Both the position numbers and the translations under genes were made by a program. 64,000 bases of DNA from Auanema rhodensis (taxonomy: Eukaryota > Animalia > Nematoda). This document shows positions 52,373 to 64,000 of this stretch, one piece after another. Within the stretch, counting starts at the first letter, position 1, and each line of letters opens with the position of its first letter. The stretch spans positions 14,384,001 to 14,448,000 of the forward strand of contig OZ059895.1 of NCBI GenBank assembly GCA_964057225.1, written 5' to 3'. A model generated the notes under the pieces. It saw nothing but the letters and a program-made list of their open reading frames with translations. It had not been told where the DNA came from and ran no database searches.

Positions 52373-55197
52373 CTAGCTACCTACAGAAGGAGGAGCTAGA
52401 ATATAAGGAGAGGTACACTCCAACATAGTAGCACCGACACCCATCATCGACCTGAAGGTTAATTTTTCTTACTATGTTTTTTTTATATCTATACTACTCT
52501 TTTTAAAACCCGTTTTTAAACCGTAATTTTGATTTTAATAATGTGAGGTAGATAAAACGAACTCTTTCACTGGAGGTTGCAGAGCTACAGGATGTTCTCC
52601 TGTGCGCGCCTCTTCCTCACCAGAGAGCAAAGCAAAGGCCGCGATCCTGGCCCCCAGGGAAGGAGGTGTCCATTCCGCTGAGGAATTGGACTCAGAAGGT
52701 GACCCACTGCCTTCTCTCCATTCATCCGTTGTCTCGCCACATGCCTTGAAAATTGTCTTTTTATTTTTTCCTGCCAATTCACAATTTTCTACCTTGGTCG
52801 GTACGGTTGGGGGGTGATCCACTCTGCCCGACAATCCGTTTCCCGAATTGTTTTTAGGGGACGGTTTGTCATCAGGGGTTCTTTCTATTTTATCGCAAGA
52901 GGGAATTGATGAGGATTGCTCATCTCTTGAGTTCCATTTCCTTTCCATTACAATATCATCTTCTTGTGGCCATCTTTCAACCAACGGCTGAGACTCGTTT
53001 GACCACGGATGTATTCGAGTACGGAAATTTCTTAACAAAAGCATTTATGAAAAAATAGCATTTGATTTGCACATACAGAGAAGAGTCCTCGAGAAATTCG
53101 TCCTCGAAGGGATCGTACACTTTAGGCACTCTTGGTTCTTGGGCTATGGCACGATCATATATAATACGACCACCTCTGCCGACACGCCTTCTAACCATGA
53201 TAGGAGATCTCATGCTACCATCAGAAGCTGGTAGGGACACTTTATAAAAGTGTTTCTCGGGGGAAACCTTAAAAAAATAAGTTTAGAAATACATTACATT
53301 CTGTTGACACTACCTTCATGTGATTAGACAAGCCATCAGATGAAGAGATAAGTGGAGCTCTATAGCAGCAACCTCGCCTTCTCTTGAAGGTGTAGCGACC
53401 GTCTAATTTAGCATCACTTGCTGCCTGAGCACAGCGTTCAACTTCAATAACAGGAGAAACGCCATTAGGACAAAATACTGTTGGAGGTCTGTTCCAAACC
53501 TCAGCATTTTTCTCGAGCCAAGCCTAAAATGAAAAATAAGAACAATTGATGAGACTAATGATATTACCTTATTTGGCACTTCCCTATCGAGACTTCCAAC
53601 GGATTGTCTAATTTTTGTTCGAGAGAACTTCTTACTCTTTTTCTTTGGAACTCCTTCTCCCTAAAAAATAAAATTATTTATTATTTAAAAAAATGTTATC
53701 CTTACCCCTTCTAATTTGCTTATTCCATTAATGGTTGTAAGTGGCTTATCTGATCTTAATTTAGCCATGAATTGATTGAAGATAACTGATCCAAAATCTC
53801 CTAAGCCCATTCGATGAGCCAAAATATCAGAATCCAAATCAATTAAAGCTAGCTTCGTTTTTTCACGACGCTTAACCATATCGAATAAAGTAACAGTTTT
53901 GCGAAGATCATGACTGAGTTTGAGAACCTAAAAATACAAATAAATTACCAAAATAGAAATAAAGCACTAAAAACAACAGGATTATTACAAACCTTTTCAT
54001 AAGAATCTTCATCATTCTTTCGGTTCTTTCTCGTTTGCATTTTTTCCGCACGCCTTCTAAACGCAACATAGGGATTTATAGCACCTTGTGAGTCCTATAA
54101 ATTCATTAATTAGTACAGGTAATATTTAATAACTAAACCTTTCGGCACTCGGTCCTAACCCGAGGTATTAAACCACCAACTCCAAGTTGGAATGAACGGG
54201 TTGAAGCAGCTTTGGCTCTTTTTGCCAGCCAATAATCATATACATCATCGACCACACCTTCATCGAAGGCTAAAATAAAATGTATCACTAGCAGTTTTCA
54301 AGAATATGTAATTACCAGTAAGTACAGATCGAGCAGTAGCAGGTAAACAAATATTATTATCCGAAGATTGAGCTTCAAGAGTATCAAATATACGTTCTAA
54401 AGTTCTTGCATCTATATGAGGTCGGTCAGATAACCACCGCTCATCTTCTGAGTCTACATCGTAATCAGGTTCCTCCTTATCTAATGATAACCAAGCTGAA
54501 AACAAGAAATCCTTGGAGGTCACTGAAAACTTAATATACCTTGAACTTTAATATAGTGATTTTTAGGAGGTGAGGGTTGGGGTGGATAGATTTCATCATA
54601 TCTTTTATTACTAATTTCAAAAACTTTGGGTGTGGGAATAACATGATTGTCTACTCGAATTCCTGATGTACTGGCTTGCTGAGCGATTATAGCATCTTGA
54701 AGATGTGACTCCTGAAATATTATAAAGTTATTCAAGTAAGCGGATTTCAAATTTTTCTAAAGCCCTCTCCCTAGTGCGACAGCCATTCATCAATGGAACT
54801 GCATCCCCGAGTACACTACACAAGGGCGCCACGCACGGGCCAATCGATACGCACGGGGCAATCGCAGATGACGTCATACGACAAGGTGAAAAAAATGCGT
54901 AGGGGATAAGAATTTTGAAAAAAAATATATGAGCATGGTCAGATTGAAAAGGGGATTTTAACAGAATAAGAATTAAAGTAAAAGCATAAGATTTAAAAAA
55001 ACGATCAATAACTGCCACCCTCAGTTACAACTAACCATTTCTTCTTCCTTTTCCATTCCTGTTGGCATTTGTGCCACGGCACGTGCAATCGGCGTACATT
55101 CTGAGAGATCTGGGAGCTCCGTGGAATAGTATACGCACATTGCCTTGTTGGAATCGAGAGCTCTGGCACGGAAAGACAGTTTTGTGGAAGTGGCCAT
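52373..55197 (-). CDS. epc-1: Enhancer of Polycomb (NuA4/TIP60 subunit)
   Basis: MATSTKLSFRARALD, RAVAQMPTGMEKEEEMESHLQDAI, EPDYDVDSEDERWL, NPYVAFRRRAEKMQTRKNRKND, RRRVGRGGRIIYDR. Last exon uncertain: stop at 52373 if spliced, 52535 if read through. Confidence 0.95.
54770..54890. promoter_or_regulatory. GC-rich intronic module in epc-1 intron 1
   Basis: Two tandem ACGCACGGG(C/G)CAATCG copies followed by the palindrome ATGACGTCAT (CRE) at 54868-54877, inside an unusually long (~320 nt) intron. Confidence 0.5.
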
Positions 55198-55936
55198 TTT
55201 GCTGTACTCCCGAAGTGTAACTGCACAAAATGGATGCGGCTGCACCGCCGCTTAGCCTATAGTGATAGTAACGGTAGGGGGGATTCATCCGCCGCGTCCG
55301 GCGTCCATAAGTAAAAAAGAAGAATACAGAATACTTATGAAACGTACGGACAGAGCAAGAGAGAGCGCCTAGTTAACTATCGACCAGTCGCGCGGGCTAC
55401 GCTAAGACACGTCGGCGCACAAATAGCGTGGTGCGACGCGACGCGAGCGGTTCCTAATCTGATGCGTTGCGGTTGACCCGCTGCTGCTGAGCACACCTGT
55501 TGCGTTTTTGCTTGTAGGGGCCCTGCTGTGGTGCTTCTTCTCAATCGGCTATATCTATAAGTAAATTATTCTTTCATTCCAAATTATGTTATAGTAATAT
55601 AGTTAAAAATAATATAAATATTGTGAAGGTGTGAAAGATAATTTTTGGTTATCTCTGTTGCATAAAAAATATTACTTAAATTGTATATAGTAAAATAAAA
55701 TCTGAAAAAGAATTGAGAGGCTATGTATCTTTTGTGCATTTCATTGTTGAAAAACTGACGAAAAGGAAATGGCATAAAGTGATTTAGTGCGAGCTATCTA
55801 TTCGTTGCCAATATGGATGTCAGAGATTGTAACTAAAGGACATAGATAAATGCGCGAGATTAGGATTAAACTGATGACTTATTAGTCTTTTATAGACTAA
55901 TATCTATCTATTGAGCACCTAAGGTTATAATAAGCC
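55198..55936. promoter_or_regulatory. Divergent promoter region between epc-1 and the AAMP-like gene
   Basis: Head-to-head ATGs ~740 nt apart, with a CpG-rich segment at 55230-55530. Confidence 0.55.
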
Positions 55937-57611
55937 ATGAACACTGAGGGCATGGAGCAGGAGGAATATGACCAAGTAATATTTTGTGAACAAAGCTATA
56001 CTTGAGAAAGTAAATTGTTCATATAAACTATATTTCAGATTATTGAACTTGATGGAAACGATGCTCAGCCTGAAAGCGATGATGAAGATCAACAGAGTAC
56101 TTCAAAGTAAATATAGAATCTTGGTATATATATAACTATTAATTTTAGTTGTTCGGGAATGGATGATAATGAAGTTGTAGATGATTCTGTCGCTTCATTG
56201 CAAGCTCACGACCAAGATTGTTTTTCAATCGATGTTTCTGGTAAAAGATTTTTAGCATCTGGCGGTGAAGATGATTGTGCATTTTTGTGGGATCATACTG
56301 TTTCTGGTATTTACATTATTAAAATTGCTATTTATGATAATCGCGAGATATTTATAGAATCTGATCCTGTACTAAAAGTAGAACATAAGGATTCTGTTAT
56401 TTCTGTCAAATTCAATAAAAGTGGTACACTTCTTGCTTCTGCTGATATGGCAGGAAAAATTGTTATTACGGATCTCCGCACTTTGAAAACAAGACTTGAG
56501 GTATGCCATTATTAATATTTGTATAAATCACGTAATTCTCTTGTACAGTTGGAGGACTGTAGTGACCTGGAATGGATTTCTTGGCATACTGCGGCTGATA
56601 TCTTATTTGCTGGAGACAAAGATGGGACTATCTGGATGTGGTTGATAAGTGCTTCAGGAATAGCACAATCCAAGGTTTTCCGAGAATTTTTATCATCTGA
56701 TATAATCTTTTACGATTAGGTTTTTATTGCTGGCGGATCGCCTTGTACCGTTGGCTATGTAATGCCTGATGGGAAACGTTTATTAGCTGGATATGCCGAC
56801 GGAATTACTCGTTAGTTGTGATTGAAATGCTCTAAACAAACTGAAAATTAGGTATGTGGGTCTTACGGGATCAAACTAGCTCTCAAATATCGATGAGATC
56901 TCCAATATCCTCTATTACACATCATGACACTTTACCCATAGGAATTGTTGGAACCCAATCTGGTAACATTTATCTGTTTTCAATTTTTAAATTTTAAATT
57001 AAGGAACTGTTCAAATCATAAATACTGCTCAAGAAAACAGTATCCGCGCTTTTGGTGTGATCCCAGGTTTAGCTGATCCTACTAAGGTTTTTTGACAGTT
57101 TGGAATTATAACAATTCTTGTAATCTTAGCAAGACGATGAAGAAGAAGATGTGAACCAATGTGTTGAGTGTATATCTATAGCACCTAACCACCCATGGTT
57201 TGCTGTTGGGAGAAATGACGGTACAATGTGTATCTATGAACTAGATTCCTCCACACCGAGGTCAATATTCCGATCTCCCCAAGCTCAAGTATGAAATAGC
57301 TTAATGTGAATATATATGTATGTATGTCGGTATTACAGGCTATTAACTCTTGCCAATGGGCAATGGATGGTAACACTCCTTTCTTGATTGCTGGGTCTAT
57401 TGATGGACAAATTAGAATTTTTGATGCACGTGATGGATCTGTATTTAAGGTATTAATTATAACAAGATTTGGAAAATTTTAATCTTGACAGGATCTTGGC
57501 AATGGTGGAGATGAAGTACTTGATATGTTAATTGTTGACTTAAAGCCTTTAAAGTTTTTAACAGCATGTGGCGGAGGGATCATTCGTACGTTTGATCTTT
57601 CAATGATTTAA
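55937..57611 (+). CDS. AAMP/Sqt1-like WD40 protein
   Basis: Acidic N-terminus, then LASGGEDDCAFLW, HKDSVISVKFN..GTLLASADMAGKI, DLEWISWH, DGTIWMW and PDGKRLLAGYADG. Confidence 0.85.
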
Positions 57612-57798
57612 TTGTTGAATTTCAAAATTTTATTAGTTGTTGTTTTTGTTTTTGTTGTATGGATGTTGATTGTCATTGTTTTTCATTAAACTTTTTATAA
57701 CTTGGCATTTTTTGAAGCTCCATATGGTTAATGTCCGATTACTTATTTTGATATTTTTATTTTTTTATACTTTTTTTAAAATTGAATTTCTGGTTCAG

Positions 57799-58221
57799 AT
57801 GGCAACTTATATTATGTATAGAAACACCACGCTTGGTGAAGCGCTACAGAAAACATTAGATGATATGATAAGCGATGGTATGATCAAATAGTTTTGTGGT
57901 GTTTACAAAACTTTTTTAGATTTAATAACTGCTGCTCTTGCGCAAAAGGTCTTAGCTGCATATGATCGTGCTATCAATAAAGCTCTTTCAAAAATGACAA
58001 AACATAAAATGTCCTTTAAGGTCAGTTGTTGGGTTTTTAATTAATATGATGAATCGTTAATTCTTTTAAAGGCTGATAGACTTCGAGCATATCGCTATTG
58101 TGATAATGTATGGACATTTTTAATGGAGAGAGTTGATTTCCGTGATGGAGTGATAGATGGAGGCCCAATAAACCGAGTCAAATTTGTTGCATGTGATGGT
58201 ACCGCTAAGCCAACTGCCTAA
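57799..58221 (+). CDS. Transcription initiation factor IIA gamma subunit, copy 1
   Basis: MATYIMYRNTTLGEALQKTLDD...[10 protein letters not shown]...VKFVACDG, with 2 introns. Confidence 0.95.
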
Positions 58222-58490
58222 ATTTGTATATTGTATATTATTTTGCATTTCAAATAGGTAACAGAAGTAACTACTAACACTGTAATATAACAACCATATC
58301 TGTGATAGTTAGCAACTGTGATTGCTATGTCTTATACTGAACACGTGATAGAAAATCTATATAATCAAAGAACTTATAGTTTATTATACATAATAAATCT
58401 ATTTTTTTACATTTTAAATTTAAACTTAATATGTTATCCTCGTATTATACTTTTCTTGCTTTCGTTGCTCTTCTTAAATTTTTTTTGCAG

Positions 58491-58918
58491 ATGTCTGCTT
58501 ATATCATGTACAGAGAAACTACCTTGGGCACGGCCTTGAGTCGTACCCTTGATGAGTTTGTAGAAGAAGGTCTTATCACTAAGCAACTAGCTCTGAAGGT
58601 TATGAGTACATTCGATAGAAATATTAACCAAGCTTTAGCGAATCGGGCCAAGAATAAGGTATGCTTATTCGTTATCTTGTCAGCTGATATTTTTTCGTAG
58701 GTTCAATTTAAAGCCGATAAGCTGGTTACATACAGATATTGTGACAATGTGTGGACTTTCGTAATGGACGGTGTCGAATTTAGAGATGTTCACAGATTTA
58801 TTGATACTCCTATTGACAAGTACAAAATTAATATTTATTAATGCTTACAAAAAATATATTTAGGGTTAAAATCGTCGCGTGTGACGGACGAGGAGTAAAT
58901 GCCATGACTGGCCCATAG
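58491..58918 (+). CDS. Transcription initiation factor IIA gamma subunit, copy 2
   Basis: [22 protein letters not shown]...[10 protein letters not shown]...VKIVACDG, with 2 introns at positions different from copy 1. Confidence 0.95.
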
Positions 58919-59006
58919 AAGCTAGGTCGGGACTACAAAAGCATGTTTTTGGTCTCACTTTCCGGGTGAAAGATTCTTATGATCTGCTCAAATAAAATCT
59001 CATTTT

Positions 59007-60802
59007 TCATTCTTTTTTTTTACAAGTGCGACACAACGGATATGTCTTGCTAGGATGATGATCCACAGATATTCTTAAATTATTTATAGCGTAATGCATA
59101 ATATTAATAAGGATAAACATACTTTGAATTGCACTTTCTACATCTTTCCTGATTATGCAGATGATTTTCCAAGTGTTTTATTAAGTGAATTGTTGAGGGT
59201 AGAACCATAAAGCATAAGTGACATTTAGGCTTTCGAGTTTTCCAATTATTGCAAATCTACAAATAAGTAATAAGGAAATATCAATAAAAATTGAGAAAGA
59301 GTTACCCTGCGCCTAGAAGTATTTTGAGATCTTGATGAAGTCGCAGGCAACTCTGCAACCTATAATAAAATAACATTTTAAACAAAGTTGATGAAGCTCA
59401 ACTTTTTGATGAGAAATTTCTCCATAAAAAGGAATTTCGTCTATATTTATAAGACTAGAATTATCTGAAAGCGTTAATTTGTTAATTTTTGATATAAGTA
59501 TATCCTACCTACTGAATCCCATACAGAATCTGTGGGATTTACCTCTTCATCTACATATATTACATCTCCGGAAGATGCATACACAACACCCATATCCATA
59601 TGCATTGGTTGAGGAATTGCAGGTCTGTAGCTTCTGCAAGTTTGAAAATAAAATATATGAATCAGGAAGAAATATACTTTAAAGGTGGCTCTGATTGAAT
59701 AGGAAAACAAGCATAATGATGACCGTAAAAAGGGTCATCTTTACTAAGAATTACAGTTCCATCTATATGAATTGTTCGTATAACATCTTTGACGTCCGCT
59801 GAAATAATACAAAAGGTGGTGACACATAAGAAAATTGAAGAACTCACACTCAGCTTTCGCTTTTCGACAGCCTAAACAGGAATAAAACTTTGTACCATCT
59901 AATTGAGATGTTCTATTATAAGAAAATTCTAAATAAGTATTCGTATCTAATTTTGAAATAACAGCAACTTCATGGGCATTTCTTCTCTGAAAACTTGTAC
60001 TTGCGGAGAACCAGGGGAAAATATGAAATTTTACCTTATTTTTATAAAATGACCTTCTATAGCTCACTTGATAATTACTATGATCAACCACAAGCTTGGC
60101 TTCAGTTCTATTAGGTGGTTTCTGAATTAAAACAATATTTAACAATTTCGAAAGCATAATTATATACCGGATATTCAGTTCTTTGTCTCTCCCATGGAAA
60201 AGGTGGTTCATTAGAAGGACGGGTATTTTTATACCTAGGGAATGATCCTTTCTCCCAGAAGATTCTTCCATTAATAAAGGAAAAATCAGATGAAGAGAAA
60301 TGAATGGCACATATAAATGCATTTTCTTCCGTTGGGGCTTCTCTTAAACCTATCTCAGCTGCCCTTCAATTAACAGATATGAACAAATAAATTTCACTAA
60401 ATTACCAGGTTATTCGCATTCTATGATCTACTGGCCAACGAAATAGTAAATACTTAGAGGAATATGATCTACCACAAATAGAGCATGATGGTTTTCTAGA
60501 GCTTCCCTCAGTTGAGCAATTAACTATAAACTCAATATAAAACAAAATAATTATATTAACATTAGTTACCTTCTTCTAAACACTCATAATCAGCAGTTTC
60601 TCTAGATTGAGCAACGTATTCATCATCCTCATCTTCTTCTTCCATTAGTTCATAGCACTCATCCTCTTCCTCCTCTTTTAGTTGAACATTATCAATAAGC
60701 TATAGTAAGAAACAAATGATTGTGAAGTGCTTTCTGTTATTATGAACTTACCATAATAGGTCTCTGATTACATGACGAACTAGTGGAAGCTTGAGAAATC
60801 AT
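59007..60802 (-). CDS. Uncharacterised zinc-finger protein (CCHC-type module, C2H2 finger, C-terminal CxxC pair)
   Basis: Chain of GT-AG exons from MISQASTSS and an acidic exon, then FYSCLGCRKAK...DPFYGHHYAC, CHLCFMVLPSTIHLIKHLENH (C-x2-C-x12-H-x3-H) and CRKC..CRTCKKKE*. Not every internal junction was checked. Confidence 0.72.
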
Positions 60803-61068
60803 TTTAATAATTGAGATCTTACTTATTGTTTCAATGTTAGAGGAAGAGCGCAGTTTCTGTTAAACACAGTGCACTCCAAAAAAGGATATAGAGGAACTTA
60901 TTGCACCTCCTTAAGACAATGCTTAATAAGTATTAATAATATTCAATCATTTTTTAGTGTTTAATTATTTTATTTAGACTTTTAAAAAATCTCAATTTAA
61001 TGATTTTTTTAAAATTTTTGTATTTGTAGGCTTTTGTGACATAGCCATGATCGATATACAATGAATAG

Positions 61069-62892
61069 ATGAGTTCTTTTCTTGAAAAATTTCGAGGTAA
61101 CTACAATTTATAAATATTATTTTTTACTGATGCTTGCAGTTCCCAAATTCTCGAAAAATAACTCGGGTAATACATCTAATCTGAATTTGGTTAATAATGA
61201 TTTAGGTGAGCATGACAATTGTTTATAATAATCATTCGTTTGTTTATAGGAACATCAGATAAAAGTATCGGAATTTCAGAAAAAACCGTAAGTCTAGTGT
61301 ACTCTCTCGATGGGTTATTAAATGATTCCTCGGCATTATCCTTTTTTATTCACTTCCTTGAATCATGCGGTAAATTTCCCTTTTCCTTCAACAAAACGTC
61401 GCTGTTATTTTCAGATAAGTTATCCTTAATTAAGTTTTGGATGCATGTCGAAGGATTCAAAGCTTCGTTTTGTGATCCCTCTGTTGACGCGGCTCAACCT
61501 TGTAAGTTTTTATTGTCAAAATTTTTAAATTTTATTTTTTTTAGTAAGCATTATTGATGCAAATAATATTTATGAAAGATATATTGAAGAATCTGCGTTT
61601 TGTTCTTTGTCTTTACCTCAGAGAATTATAAAACAAACTCAAGGTTAGTGTCAATTTTTATGTGTTTTTATTTAAATTTAACTTTTAGAAAAGTTATCTG
61701 AGAGGCCATTAAAAGCCAATTGCTTTGATGCTGCTCAGTCGTTTGTAAAAAGTCTTTTTCACTTAAGGTTTTTATATTTTTTTTGTTACTGTATTGAATT
61801 TTGAACGCATATTCAGATATTTTGAAGAATTTTTGTCCAGCATTTATTACAAAAAACACGAGTTAGAAGTGTTACAAAGCGGGTGTTCGTTATCAGATGT
61901 TTTACATAATCAACCTTTACTACAGTCATTCATGGAGGCTAGTTTTCATTTTTGACTGTTATTCATGAATTTTTCAATTTAGATTCTGGAGACAGATCTC
62001 GAACGAGAACGAATTCAATTTATGATTGCATGTGAATCATTTGAGAATGATTATTGTGGACTTTCTCCTGAGGAAGCCACCAAAGATGCCTTAGCGTTAT
62101 ATGAAAGGTTTGCTCCAGTCATATTGAATATGTGTACATAATCCCATATTATGTTCAGATTTTTCTCTATGCAGTCACCAAATCCGATAGATGTAGGTGA
62201 TCGGCGAAGAGTGGCGATTGAAGCCGCTATTTGTTCGGATACTGGAAAGCCGGAGTTGACAGCTTTTCGTGCTGCTTATTCGTGTGTTTATTCAGACTTG
62301 CAAAAGGTTTTCATTTTCGAAAATGTCCAATATTATTCCTAATTGTTCTCAGAAATATCTAAATAATTTTATCGATTCGCATAGTTTCCGTAGTTATGTG
62401 GATGATCTGAAGTCACAAATTGAGAACACGGTAAGAATACCTTTTTAATCAACCTGCAAATTTTCTATTTTTGTCAAGGTTGAATTTCCTCGTCATATAA
62501 AGCATCGTACTGCTAACGGTTCTACGGGATCTTCTGACTCTTTGCCTTCAACCTTCAGAAGGCATTGTCAGCTATTGGAACAAGTTCAATCGTCATCACA
62601 ATGTGGTAGTCCTCGTTCACCGAGAACAACGTACGTTGTTTGATAAGTTTTGATCAAAACATTCTTTTTTAGAAATTTGGCCGAGATTGATAATATGGGA
62701 AGATATCGCCCTCTTTACGATTACTCTTTCATGCAAGATACTCGTTCGCCAAATAAATTGAAGTTGAAGCTTCGGCAATATCTTGATAAAAGCTCTTTAC
62801 GAGAAGAAGAGTTGGCTGAAGAAGTTGCCAAATCTATAATCGCTGATGTACATAGCATGGTGGAAGCAGGAAGGAAAAGGGAGCTATTGTAA
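61069..62892 (+). CDS. rgs-5: AKAP10/D-AKAP2-like RGS-domain protein
   Basis: Two RGS-like domains ([30 protein letters not shown]; [14 protein letters not shown]) and a C-terminal PKA-anchoring-type helix [20 protein letters not shown]. Confidence 0.88.
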
Positions 62893-63163
62893 ATATTTGG
62901 TTGGTGATCAGTTTCCATTTCTTTTTTTCTTTTTTTTTTTTACATATTATCAATTTGTATATTCACGGTAGCTCAAAACATAATATATCACTGTTGCATA
63001 ATTGCCATTTAATTAGAGCTCATTTATCATAATTTTATCTGCTGCATTTACACGCATAATTTATGAAAAATCAAATAATACAATAAATATTAAATATGAA
63101 TAGCGAATCGACTTTTGAGACCTGTACTATGAGCATCACTTATAAGTTCAGAAATATATACAT

Positions 63164-64000
63164 CTATACTTGAAGTCTACGATCATTAGAAAACACATCA
63201 AGTGCACCAGCAGAGAAAGGGAATAGCATGTTATCGAATGATGGATTCTAAAAAGGATCATTTGTGTAATATTATAATAAAATTCCTACATAATCAAACT
63301 GATTATTGGTTTGTTCCTGTTTTTTGAATCGTCGCTGAGGAGTTTGCCTTTTTTTCAAATTCTCCACGACAGCCGGATAAGATGAGATGTCACTTTTTGT
63401 TTCAGTTGTTTCCTTCTCTTCCCGTACAGGAAATAATTCTCGTATTGCTCTCACATCATCATCACCTATTATAATGTTTTTAAGGAGTAAATATATAGAA
63501 ATTACTTAATGTGAAATCTGCTATAAAAGGCTTTTTACTAGCAAACATCACTGCTCTAAGATCAGTAGAATGCTCCAATCCTAATAAATGGCCGATTTCA
63601 TGAACAGCTGTCTGAAACGAAATAAGAATATGACATTTAAGTTATGCGAATAGTGGCACGCGGTTGCTTTCTTTTTGAAATTTTTCTCATAATTTACAAA
63701 TTTCATTATGCGTAAATTTCAAAAAGTTTCACCAGATGACATTTGAGAATAGTTTCATATAAATAACCTGAAATAAATTGACTCCATGTTCCGAATTCAG
63801 TGTCCAATCTTCATCTGCGTCGAAATGAAGTCGTCCGTCTCGAGGGTAAAAGGCATGAGCCACAACACCGTCTATGAAATCAAATCGCTATGTAATTATT
63901 ACTTATATATAAATACCTTTTCCATCAAAAGGATAAGGGTCATTGTGTTTTCCCTTTTGAAAGCTGACTGTTAAGTCAGTTTTCCCTTCTTGAAGTTCTT
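63164..64000 (-). CDS. Matrix metalloproteinase (M10A, zmp family), 3' part; 5' end lies outside the window
   Basis: [34 protein letters not shown], zinc motif AVHEIGHLLGLEHS, Met-turn AVMF and DDDVRAIRELFP. No hemopexin domain visible. Exact stop uncertain. Confidence 0.93.

Overview
Eukaryotic DNA from a compact, AT-rich nematode genome (TTTCAG/TTTTAG acceptors, mostly ~40-55 nt introns, rhabditid-like proteins). Positions 1-26.6 kb are a gene-poor Hox regulatory region. It holds a 341-bp higher-order tandem repeat, many (CT)n/(GA)n tracts, the posterior Hox gene egl-5 (4 exons, 18136-21953) and, 1.5 kb downstream, an Antennapedia-class homeobox (ant-1-like, 23449-23732). The ant-1-like homeobox has no start codon or first exon of its own. 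Its splice acceptor is in the same phase as the egl-5 homeobox exon, so one Hox N-terminus can apparently be spliced to either a posterior-class or a central-class homeodomain. This is the main finding. Positions 26.6-64 kb are gene-dense: smrc-1/SMARCAL1, pad-2/POFUT2, cnk-1, INPP4, bbs-5 (with a perfect X-box), canopy, ENGase, rabaptin-5, GMAP210/sql-1, epc-1, an AAMP-like WD40 gene, two divergent tandem TFIIA-gamma genes, an uncharacterised multi-zinc-finger gene, AKAP10/rgs-5 and a 5'-truncated matrix metalloproteinase. All gene models were spliced by eye and homology calls come from recalled family motifs, not database searches. Multi-exon CDS coordinates span start to stop including introns.
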